Of a stretch of 64,000 nucleotides of DNA, positions 1 to 8,129 are shown piece after piece. The stretch is from the NCBI GenBank assembly GCA_030747485.1, contig JASLKP010000003.1, positions 20,309 to 84,308 of the forward strand. The letters are read 5' to 3'. The notes under the pieces are model-generated. The model was not told where the DNA came from, searched no databases, and worked only from the letters and a program-made list of their open reading frames with translations. Numbering within the stretch: the first letter of the stretch is position 1; every line of letters starts with the position of its first letter. The position numbers and the translations under genes are program-made. The stretch comes from Candidatus Thalassarchaeaceae archaeon (GTDB lineage Archaea > Thermoplasmatota > Poseidoniia > Poseidoniales > Thalassarchaeaceae).

Positions 1-813
1 ATCATCATCAGTGTCTTCCATAATGTCATGACACCCATCTCCGTCTAGGTCCCTAGAAGAATCAGAAGTGAAGAAAACCACACTTTCTGGACAATTGTCA
101 GCAGCATCTGGTATGCCATCTTCATCGAGATCTGGATTTTCGTCAACAAGTAGAACGATGCTGATGCTAGTGGTATCTGTGGTACTCTCCAACGTTCCGC
201 AGGTGACTGAAAATGTACCATTGAATGAAGATTCAATCTGGCCGAGATACACTGAAACGATGTTGCCCTCAATGGTCCCAATTCGATTTCCATTCATTTC
301 ATCATTCCAAATTGCTGAACAAGTTTCTGTAGCATCATGAGAAATGAGGGCACGAGCAATGACGCTACTCCCTTCTTCAGCGTAAAGAACGGGGGGGAGG
401 GCAGAGATTGAAACTGGCTCTTCAGGAGTGCCCAGGACGTAAACATACACTGAGATAGTATGATCTAATCCATTTTCATCAATAGCATCAATGTGAATTT
501 TATGTTGACCATATTCTAGAATCCCAAAATCAAGTGAAAACAATCCATTGGAATCCACGGAACTTGTTCTTTCGAGATTGGTGTCTATGATTGAAGCACT
601 AATTTCAACGCTCGTCACATACTCGTCTTCAACAGAGCCAGTCAATATCACACGTTCATTGTGTGCAAAGTCGTCTGTGTCATTTACCGATAAGATGGGA
701 GCTTCGCCAAGATTGATTTCATCATCACCAGAATCGTCTCCAAATAATCCCAAACATCCAGACGACATCATCAGAATCGTCAGCCATAGAGCGAGAGATT
801 GGCGTCGGACCAT
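1..813 (-). CDS. Secreted lipoprotein-like surface protein, N-terminal 271 codons (gene runs off the left edge of the window)
   Basis: Absent from the ORF track because it has no in-window stop. Hand translation of the minus strand from ATG 813..811 stays open to base 1. N-terminus MVRRQSLALWLTILMMSSGCLG is a signal peptide with a lipobox-like SGC. The distal part has thrombospondin-type-3-like Ca-binding repeats (DEDGIPDAADNCP, DLDGDGCHD). The listed ORFs 68..340(+), 45..293(-) and 548..853(+) are out of frame or antisense to it. Confidence 0.65.
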   Translation of the reverse strand, partial: MVRRQSLALWLTILMMSSGCLGLFGDDSGDDEINLGEAPILSVNDTDDFAHNERVILTGSVEDEYVTSVEISASIIDTNLERTSSVDSNGLFSLDFGILEYGQHKIHIDAIDENGLDHTISVYVYVLGTPEEPVSISALPPVLYAEEGSSVIARALISHDATETCSAIWNDEMNGNRIGTIEGNIVSVYLGQIESSFNGTFSVTCGTLESTTDTTSISIVLLVDENPDLDEDGIPDAADNCPESVVFFTSDSSRDLDGDGCHDIMEDTDDD

Positions 814-859
814 GATTATGCGAGTTGGTCACCATCCATCAAGATGTCCGTAGGACATC

Positions 860-1984
860 TCAGACATTGGCAAACTCAGAACGCCCGGATTGAACTGGCA
901 TTTTTTCGATAATGCAGGCCCCACCATCGTGTTCCATAATCAAATGTTCAACGAAGATGAGGGGGCCATCCATTTCCCGTTCAATTTTGATTAATATCTC
1001 CCAATGTGTTGCAAACAGTGGATGATATTCACTACCTGGCCAGTCACCATCAGGTAGTGGTAAATTCAATTCTGCACCTTCAAGAGGAAGGTCGACCATT
1101 TCACCTCGCGATAATACTGGCAATGGAGACATGAACAATCTCTGTGTATCCGGTCCTTGCAATGGGGTGGATTCACCAAATCCAGAACCCAATTCAGCAT
1201 CTGCGTACTGATGAATTGAAAGTGGTGTGGAAATCCCAGGAGGGTTTTGTTTTCCCTCTTTACGACCAAATGCATGCAGAAGCATCGGGCGGCGTGGATT
1301 CAGAAGACCCACTTGAATTCGTGTTTTTGCCGATACCCAATCATCAGGCGCATGATTCAGTTTAATTCGGGTTGATACTGGATTAGATGTTGTCGCCTTG
1401 CCCATGATTTCAATGGTTGGAGACTGAGGGAGGGACTTCCTAAAACGTCGTGTCCTACGGAAATCCCAGATGCTTGCACCAAATCTCATTGCAATTGGAA
1501 AGAAAAAGAATGGGAGGAAAATGAGCAATAGAATGGGATAATCGAGTAATCCTAGCCGCACACTACCTGCAAACGAACCATCGACAATTCCCCAGTCAAC
1601 CAATGCAGGTTCAAACGCGTGAATGGCCAATGATGCGATAATTCCGATGACTGCAAATGGAATCAATTTCCGAGAAAGACGATGAATTTTATTTGGAACG
1701 ATGAACCAACCCGTTCGTGAACGCTGAATACGATTGGGTACTCGGCTTGATTCCGTTCGCCAATCACGGCATCCCGACAAACCTGAATTGCATTTTACCA
1801 CCTTTCGAACGATATGGAAATCATCATCCTGACCAATCATTACATCGCAAGGAGATTCCGTTTCCTCAGTTAATCGAAAGCGTTCAGTCGCTAGAGGTAG
1901 GGCAGATGGTATGACGGTGTCCGAATCAAATGGGGGCCACCGCAATTGAATTTCTACAGCGAATCCAGAATCGTCATCTCCCAT
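860..1984 (-). CDS. Hypothetical membrane protein
   Basis: 374-aa ORF with central hydrophobic helices (LIPFAVIGIIASLAIHAF, YPILLLIFLPFFFFPIAM) flanked by soluble N- and C-terminal parts. No family recognised. Confidence 0.6.
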   Translation of the reverse strand: MGDDDSGFAVEIQLRWPPFDSDTVIPSALPLATERFRLTEETESPCDVMIGQDDDFHIVRKVVKCNSGLSGCRDWRTESSRVPNRIQRSRTGWFIVPNKIHRLSRKLIPFAVIGIIASLAIHAFEPALVDWGIVDGSFAGSVRLGLLDYPILLLIFLPFFFFPIAMRFGASIWDFRRTRRFRKSLPQSPTIEIMGKATTSNPVSTRIKLNHAPDDWVSAKTRIQVGLLNPRRPMLLHAFGRKEGKQNPPGISTPLSIHQYADAELGSGFGESTPLQGPDTQRLFMSPLPVLSRGEMVDLPLEGAELNLPLPDGDWPGSEYHPLFATHWEILIKIEREMDGPLIFVEHLIMEHDGGACIIEKMPVQSGRSEFANV

Positions 1985-1992
1985 TCAATCAC

Positions 1993-3219
1993 CTATCCTG
2001 TCAATAGAGCCCATGTAGCCTTAACAGCGATCCGCCTGAATTGAGGGACATCTTTCAACAAACGTAGGCCCAATGGCACCGGTTTTTCGATATCTCCAAC
2101 TTCATTGATGAGTGATACCACTTCGGGTTTTGCGAAGATTTGGAAATTTGCTTCTAATTCCTCATCGTCACATGAAGTGACAAACAAATCACGTAGAATT
2201 CTAGCTCGTTCCTGATCCTTTCTCATCTTAGCCATCGGTTTGCAGATTCGCTTCAAATCAGATTCTGAGAGTTTGTCTGCACGAACGGCCTTGATGATGG
2301 CAGGTGCCAATAAATGAATTTGGTCAAACCCTGGACCGATACCCCCACCTGTTGTCGGTTTGCACAATCCTGCAGCATCACCGAATAATAGGAATCGTTC
2401 TTTGTGTATTTTCTTCAGTAAACCGCAAGGAATTGGTCCACAAAATCGTGCAGTTTCTTTTGCATTCTCAAATCGATTGCCCCACAATGGATGTTCAAGT
2501 AGAGCCTCATACAGATGTTCACATGACCGATCATCCAATCGATCTGGGTGAGCCCAAACACCAATTCGGTGCGTTTCACCATTGGGAATCGCCCATGCAA
2601 AGAGACCAGGGGCTACTGAATCGCCAGTGAACATATCAAGGCAAACATCTGATCCATCATAGCCTGAAACCTCCGCTTGGAAGCCGACCATGAATTCCTT
2701 GGGCCGCCCCATCCTGAAGTGACGTTGTGTCCATGAGTGCGCCCCATCGGCTCCACATAATAACCGACAGCGAACAGTTTGTGATTCACCTTCACGGGTG
2801 ATGTTTAATTCCATGCGATGATCAATAATTTCTGCAGAAGTAGGGCGTGAATCCAACCAAAGAGTTGCGCCGGCTTCCATCGCCTGACGAACGCATCCCT
2901 CATCGAATGACTTACGACAAACAACGTGTGTCCGGAGAATGTCGGGCTGTCCAATGAGAAGTGTTGTCCCATTGGGACTATTGAGGCGGGCCCCCCATAC
3001 ATCAGAAAGTACGGTATGATGTAATCCAGTTCGGTTCATTGCACCTGGTGTCACAAGGCCCGCACATTGGAATGGTTTGCCAACTTCGAGGTGTTCTTCA
3101 AGAATTAATACTGACAAATCACCTTCGGATAAAATACGACCAAGGTGCCCCCCAACCGGGCCAGCGCCAACGATGACAACGTCGTATTCGTGTACAACCA
3201 TCAAGGACAAGGTGACCAT
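1993..3219 (-). CDS. Geranylgeranyl reductase family FAD-dependent oxidoreductase (archaeal isoprenoid/lipid saturation)
   Basis: Rossmann fingerprint YDVVIVGAGPVGG near the N-terminus, later LLFGDAAGLCKPTTGGGI, ~400 aa as for GGR-family enzymes. An alternative ATG at 3201 (MVVHEYDVV...) is equally plausible. Confidence 0.85.
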   Translation of the reverse strand: MVTLSLMVVHEYDVVIVGAGPVGGHLGRILSEGDLSVLILEEHLEVGKPFQCAGLVTPGAMNRTGLHHTVLSDVWGARLNSPNGTTLLIGQPDILRTHVVCRKSFDEGCVRQAMEAGATLWLDSRPTSAEIIDHRMELNITREGESQTVRCRLLCGADGAHSWTQRHFRMGRPKEFMVGFQAEVSGYDGSDVCLDMFTGDSVAPGLFAWAIPNGETHRIGVWAHPDRLDDRSCEHLYEALLEHPLWGNRFENAKETARFCGPIPCGLLKKIHKERFLLFGDAAGLCKPTTGGGIGPGFDQIHLLAPAIIKAVRADKLSESDLKRICKPMAKMRKDQERARILRDLFVTSCDDEELEANFQIFAKPEVVSLINEVGDIEKPVPLGLRLLKDVPQFRRIAVKATWALLTG

Positions 3220-3255
3220 AGGTCACCTATCATGGTTCGCCAAGCACCATCAATC

Positions 3256-5583
3256 CTAATCGGATTTTTTCTTCTTGCCTCTACGCTTTTTACCCGAACC
3301 CGTTTTCTTTTGTAGAATTGTAATCAGTTGGCTGGCTGTTCCACCCTTTCCACCCAAGAGTTCACTATAGGATGAACAATTGATTAATTGACAAACTGAT
3401 GCTTCATCCATTTCTGCGATTTTTGCCATTTTTGTAATATAATTGAGTTGCTTTTCTGTGGGTGGCCTAGGGATGCCAGCGGTTTTTTTTTGGAGGATTT
3501 CAATTAATTTACTTGCAGTCCCTTTCCGCCCCCCCGTTAAATCATCAAATGATTTCGTATCCACGAGTGCAGACGCATCTTCTTCGGAGAGGTTACAATC
3601 TCCAGCCATCGATGCAATCCATGATTTTTGTTTATCACTTGCTGGTTGTGTTTCCATTGGGTGATCTTTAGAAATTTTTTCAAGGATCTCTCGCATTTCG
3701 CCACCTGTTATATCATCGTATTTCTTTCCGCCTGTATATGTTGCGATTTGTTCTTCAGTAAACTTGGCTGTGATACGTTTGAAAAACGCTGCTTGTTTGG
3801 GTGTAGGCGTCAACTTTTTCCGATCTAAAGCAACTTGATGGAGCGCTTGGAAGTGTTCTGAAAATGTGTGCCAAACAGTAGGCGCCGAAGATGAATTGTT
3901 TTCAATTCCATCCAGTGAGCCCTCCATCTCTGCAGTGAATGCTGTTGAGAATAAATTACCAGTTCCACCTTGTCCATCCCTCTCATAATGTGGTACGACG
4001 ATTAACCACAAATTTCGACCATCATCGGATGGTGACAAGGAATTATTTTCATCGATGACATATTTGCGTGAAATCAATTTATCAATTGTTGTTGCATAAG
4101 TAGAGGGGCGACCAATGCCTTCTGCCTTCATCTTCTGAACTAAGCTGTGTTGCTTGTATCTTGCAGGGGGTTTGGTTTCATCCTCTCTAAGACATGGGTT
4201 TTCAGAATCCTTTTCGGCAGCATCCAACGCAATGTTCGTACCATTGGTTGCAGAAAATGCAGGTGGTTGAGTCGCTGGTTCCTTTCCAATCCCTTCGAAC
4301 GCTGCTTCCCAACCACGGTGTACGCGCCATGATGCTGTTCCTGTGAAATTACGTTCAAATCCATCAGTAGTTGCAGTCATCGAAAGACGGTCATACTTAC
4401 TGACTGACATTTGACTGCCTGCGAATCGAGCCCAGATGATTTGATAGAGATCTTTCTGCTCAGGTGAAAGACCCTCGAGGGACTGTGCTGTTGGCCGAGT
4501 AGGACGGATTGCCTCGTGAGCATCCTGTACATTTTTTGCATCAGATTTTGCATCTGGACCAAGGACACCTTTTCCGAGATGATCATCTCCCCATTTTTCA
4601 CTAATGTGAGTTTTAATTTCTTCGCGTGCGGAGGCACTCGTACGAGTTGAATCTGTTCGGATGTATGTGATGTGCCCAGCGTTATACAATTCACCTGCAA
4701 TTCTCATGGTTCTTCGGGGGTTCCATCCTTTCTCCGAACCAATTGACATGAGGAGAGTGTCGGTGGTGAATGGTGGCTTGGGATTGCGTTGATACGTGCT
4801 TTCGTCAACTGAACTGATTGTCAGTGAACCCTCAGAAGCAAGTGAGTTAAATGCAGATTGAGCAAGTGGTTGATTGTTCGTACGATTGGAATGGAATTTT
4901 CCTTTGTCGTCAACCCATGCATCTGCATCTCCTTTGTCATGGAAAATCGCATTCCAACGTATTCCCCCTGCATCTGCATGCACTGCATAGTAAGGAATAG
5001 GGACGAATGCTTCACGCTCTAATTCTCGCTCAACAATGAATCCGAGTGTAGGCGTCTGTACACGACCCATGGCGGCTAAATTCCATGATCGACTGAATTT
5101 TGAACTTCGGAAACCGACCAATCGATCCATGAATCTGCGTACCTTTGCTGCATCGACAAGTGAATCGTTGATTGAACCTCGTTCAGAAATCGCTTCTAGA
5201 ATTGCGGGCTTTGTAATTTCATGGAAGGATATTCTACAAATGTTGGAATATCCAGCCTCATTGAAAATTTCAGCCAATCTCCAGGCAATGAATTCCCCTT
5301 CACGATCAGGGTCAGTCGCGATATAGATGCCGTCGACGCCCTTTTTCTTCGCTTTATCGAGTAATTTAGAGATGGTACGTTCTGCCTTCTCAGTGTATTC
5401 CCAAGGTGGATTGGGTAGCGTATCTACCGTGCATGCCCACATTGCCTTTTTTCCATCTTTGGTGGCTTTGCTGTTGGGTAAGTCTTGGACGTGACCACCG
5501 GTTGCTTCAACAATCCAATTTTTCCCAAGATACTTTTGGATTGTCTTAGATTTAGCAGATGATTCAACGATTAACATATCCAT
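3256..5583 (-). CDS. topA: DNA topoisomerase I (type IA) with three C-terminal helical repeats and a Lys-rich tail
   Basis: TOPRIM start MLIVESSAKSKTIQKYLG, acidic DPDREGE motif, and catalytic-Tyr region AGHITYIRTDS. The C-terminus lacks Cys4 zinc ribbons and shows three ~55-60-aa repeats ending in KKRRGKKKKSD. Confidence 0.9.
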   Translation of the reverse strand: MDMLIVESSAKSKTIQKYLGKNWIVEATGGHVQDLPNSKATKDGKKAMWACTVDTLPNPPWEYTEKAERTISKLLDKAKKKGVDGIYIATDPDREGEFIAWRLAEIFNEAGYSNICRISFHEITKPAILEAISERGSINDSLVDAAKVRRFMDRLVGFRSSKFSRSWNLAAMGRVQTPTLGFIVERELEREAFVPIPYYAVHADAGGIRWNAIFHDKGDADAWVDDKGKFHSNRTNNQPLAQSAFNSLASEGSLTISSVDESTYQRNPKPPFTTDTLLMSIGSEKGWNPRRTMRIAGELYNAGHITYIRTDSTRTSASAREEIKTHISEKWGDDHLGKGVLGPDAKSDAKNVQDAHEAIRPTRPTAQSLEGLSPEQKDLYQIIWARFAGSQMSVSKYDRLSMTATTDGFERNFTGTASWRVHRGWEAAFEGIGKEPATQPPAFSATNGTNIALDAAEKDSENPCLREDETKPPARYKQHSLVQKMKAEGIGRPSTYATTIDKLISRKYVIDENNSLSPSDDGRNLWLIVVPHYERDGQGGTGNLFSTAFTAEMEGSLDGIENNSSSAPTVWHTFSEHFQALHQVALDRKKLTPTPKQAAFFKRITAKFTEEQIATYTGGKKYDDITGGEMREILEKISKDHPMETQPASDKQKSWIASMAGDCNLSEEDASALVDTKSFDDLTGGRKGTASKLIEILQKKTAGIPRPPTEKQLNYITKMAKIAEMDEASVCQLINCSSYSELLGGKGGTASQLITILQKKTGSGKKRRGKKKKSD

Positions 5584-5746
5584 TTTTTCCCACTCCTAAA
5601 CTCTCACACGTGTGCGGATGCACTCGCATGTGGAAGGATCGTCCAAGGTGAACTATTGTCACAGTATCTCGACGCCATCCGATTTGAGGCCGCCGGGACG
5701 ACCCCCCATAAACGCTGCTGTGGAAAGATTGCATTGGATTTCCCAT

Positions 5747-5765
5747 GGGGGTACTACGTACCCCC
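5747..5765 (-). terminator. GC-rich hairpin GGGGGTAC-TAC-GTACCCCC spanning the stop codon of the 5754..6305 ORF
   Basis: Perfect 8-bp inverted repeat with a 3-nt loop read directly from the sequence. The stop codon (cta, 5754-5756) lies in the loop/stem. No T-tract follows, so a terminator role is only inferred. Confidence 0.3.
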
Positions 5766-6305
5766 TAGCATCGCGCCCGCGTGCGCGCGCGAAGCCGTTT
5801 CATCCCAAGGTCCCTCTGAACCAGGGCCGCCACACCCTACACAACCGGGGTATCCAGCTGAGACCAAATCACGAACATCATCGGTAAAGCGTGACCAAAG
5901 AATCGAGAGTTGTCCACCGTGATCCGGAATCCAACAAATCGAATGGTTAGGTTCAGACCCACCAATTTGTGCCAAGACGCCTGCGGGACAATTGATGATA
6001 ATTGATTGGTCATTACCAACCCGTATGGTGGGTTCTCTCAGTATTGAAGGCATGAGATCTGAAATCATTAAGGCGATTTCATTGGCCTGTTCAACATATG
6101 ATTCAGGCACCCGTAGACTACAATCATCAGTACGCAATAATCGCCTAGCGGCCTCAGCGATACAGGGCGTCTTCCCATCCATCACGCCTGCGAGAGGACG
6201 GAACCCTTGAAGGATGTCGGCTGGGCCCGTTGGTCCCAATGGGGCTATTGTGGCGGATATTCGTGCGGCCTGTGATGGCTGTGCTACCACTGAGTTCCGA
6301 GACAT
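5754..6305 (-). CDS. Hypothetical Cys-rich protein (start uncertain, possibly ATG at 6182)
   Basis: 183-aa ORF. The N-terminal 41 aa are low complexity, and Met42 (MDGKTPCIAEAARRLL...) would leave a 137-nt divergent promoter gap to pyrD. Several Cys are present, including C-terminal GYPGCVGCGGPG. No family recognised. Confidence 0.45.
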   Translation of the reverse strand: MSRNSVVAQPSQAARISATIAPLGPTGPADILQGFRPLAGVMDGKTPCIAEAARRLLRTDDCSLRVPESYVEQANEIALMISDLMPSILREPTIRVGNDQSIIINCPAGVLAQIGGSEPNHSICWIPDHGGQLSILWSRFTDDVRDLVSAGYPGCVGCGGPGSEGPWDETASRAHAGAMLGGT

Positions 6306-6319
6306 TTCATTCGATTGTG

Positions 6320-7351
6320 ATGAAGAAAATACGCTTTAGATCAGCCTACATCCCAGGGTATCGTGCATTGTTGAGATTGTTGTTCAGTTCACCCACGGTT
6401 CCAACCGAGTTCTTTGGAATGCATTTTGATAATCCTGTTGGATTGGCTGCAGGTATGGACAAAAAAGGAGAAAATATTCCCAACTGGGAAAACCTTGGAT
6501 TCGGATGGATTGAGATTGGTGGCATCACATTGCACCCACAAGATGGTAATCCAAAACCTCGAATGTTCCGCAGCACAAAACACAACGCCCTCATCAATCG
6601 GATGGGTTTCAACAATCCTGGCTCTGAAGCCATGGTTGAACGATTGTCAAAGCAGAAAGCGAAGAAGTGGGCAACCATTCCAGTGGGCGTCAATCTAGGC
6701 AAGAGTAAGATAACGCCCAATGAAGAAGCTGAACAAGATTATGCAGGTACGATGGAACGTTTGTGGGAGTTTGCCGACCTGTTTGTGGTCAATGTCTCGA
6801 GTCCGAACACTCCCAATCTACGCGAATTGCAGGCCGGATCCGAGTTAGACAGGATTCTCATCGCTTGTAATCATGTGAATGAAATACGTTCGAAAAGTAC
6901 CGGTACAGCAACCAAACCCATCCTCGTCAAAATCTCACCGGACCTAGCCAACGACCAGATTACTGTCATCGCTGACACTGCGATGGCACAAGGATGTGCT
7001 GGAATCGTCGCAACCAACACGACATTGTCTCGACCGGCAGAAGATCGAATCATGAAGCAGACTGGTGGGTTGTCAGGAGTCCCCCTACGCTCACGCTCCA
7101 CTGAAGTCATACACCTACTGTATGCACATACCCAAGGAAAATTGCCAATCATTGGCGTTGGGGGCATCTCAGATGCAGATAGTGCATGGGAGAAGATCGC
7201 AGCGGGAGCGAGTCTATTACAACTGTACAGTGCATTGGTGTTTGAAGGACCTGGTGTGACAAAAAGTATCAACAAAGGTCTACATCGAAAACTTGCAGAA
7301 CACGGCTACAATAACCTTGCAGAGGCAGTAGGCCACGCACATCGAGGATGA
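6320..7351 (+). CDS. pyrD: Dihydroorotate dehydrogenase, class 2 (quinone-linked)
   Basis: Motifs NPVGLAAGMDKKGE, RMGFNNPG, VNLGKSK, NVSSPNTPNLRELQ, GGLSGVPL and IIGVGGI. ATG at 6320 (MKKIRFRS...) is preferred over the track start 6230, which overlaps the divergent upstream ORF. Confidence 0.9.
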   Translation: MKKIRFRSAYIPGYRALLRLLFSSPTVPTEFFGMHFDNPVGLAAGMDKKGENIPNWENLGFGWIEIGGITLHPQDGNPKPRMFRSTKHNALINRMGFNNPGSEAMVERLSKQKAKKWATIPVGVNLGKSKITPNEEAEQDYAGTMERLWEFADLFVVNVSSPNTPNLRELQAGSELDRILIACNHVNEIRSKSTGTATKPILVKISPDLANDQITVIADTAMAQGCAGIVATNTTLSRPAEDRIMKQTGGLSGVPLRSRSTEVIHLLYAHTQGKLPIIGVGGISDADSAWEKIAAGASLLQLYSALVFEGPGVTKSINKGLHRKLAEHGYNNLAEAVGHAHRG

Positions 7352-7737
7352 TTACAATGGACCGAAGAGTCAGAATCGTGGTTGTTATGACCATGTTGGT
7401 CGTCCTTGGTGGGCTGTTGATGTTGGGTAGTGAACCGGAAATTGATTTGACGGTTGATGAGTTGATGGAAAGTCCTGAATCACATGAGGATGAAACATTC
7501 CGAATCCGAGGTGCGATTCAAGGTCATAGTGGAGATGTAGCAAATTCAACTCTCATTTTAACGGGTCAAAACAGTACAGTCATGGTTGATTACAGTGACA
7601 TTGTACTACCCACCGGCGCAACAGAAGGGAAGACCGTCTCTGTACGTGGTACGTTTTCTTTCACTGACAACCAATGGATCATGACAGCACATGAAATCAA
7701 GACTGGATGCCCTTCAAAATATGAGGCTGAGGCTTGA
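7348..7737 (+). CDS. ccmE: CcmE-like haem chaperone, archaeal variant with CxxxY (CPSKY) motif
   Basis: N-terminal TM anchor (IVVVMTMLVVLGGLLML) followed by an OB-fold-like body that aligns by eye with E. coli CcmE (FRIRGAI..., VSVRGTF..., AHEIKTG). CPSKY sits where bacterial CcmE has HDENY. The start ATG overlaps the pyrD stop (ATGA). Confidence 0.65.
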   Translation: MITMDRRVRIVVVMTMLVVLGGLLMLGSEPEIDLTVDELMESPESHEDETFRIRGAIQGHSGDVANSTLILTGQNSTVMVDYSDIVLPTGATEGKTVSVRGTFSFTDNQWIMTAHEIKTGCPSKYEAEA

Positions 7738-7750
7738 CCGTTGGATTGAT

Positions 7751-8078
7751 ATGGGCCCCCATCGGCACGTGTGTTGGGCTAGGAGGGGGGTTGGCGTCCC
7801 CTGTATCACAAATCGCAACATGGTGGTCCGAACGCCCGGAGGCGGCACAAACGAGCAGCGTAGGAAGCATCTGTGGACGTAGATGCCTCGCCTTCATGAG
7901 ATCGTGGTTTTGAAAAACTGTATTCGGAAGAAAATGGAGATTCATTCGTCGGGGGATCAGGTCAGGCCAGGAATGGAGCAGCCCTACCCGAAGCCAATGA
8001 TGCCGTGAAGAAACGGGGTGGAGAAAACGGGTGCATTACCCTGCGTTGAAACGAGTGTCCACTTCGGGCCCGCCCACC
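7751..8078 (+). ncRNA. Signal recognition particle RNA (archaeal 7S RNA)
   Basis: The helix-8 signature GTCAGG-CCA-GGAA-TGG-AGCAGCC (7960-7983) matches the conserved GUCAGGxCCGGAAGGxAGCAGC element with a GGAA tetraloop. An Alu-like 5-prime part carries CCCCUGUAUCAC. GGGCCC at both ends (7753-7758 and 8066-8071) can close the terminal helix. The interval is GC-rich and non-coding. The ends are approximate. Confidence 0.7.
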
Positions 8079-8129
8079 TATTCCACTATACGGGGATAGG
8101 TTCATTCATTCAAGTGAAATGCCCAAATC

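Noticed and set aside
548-853. 101-aa plus-strand ORF (and 68..340 plus, 45..293 minus) at the left edge
   Set aside because: They are superseded by the open-ended minus-strand gene 1..813, which has a signal peptide and Ca-binding repeats.
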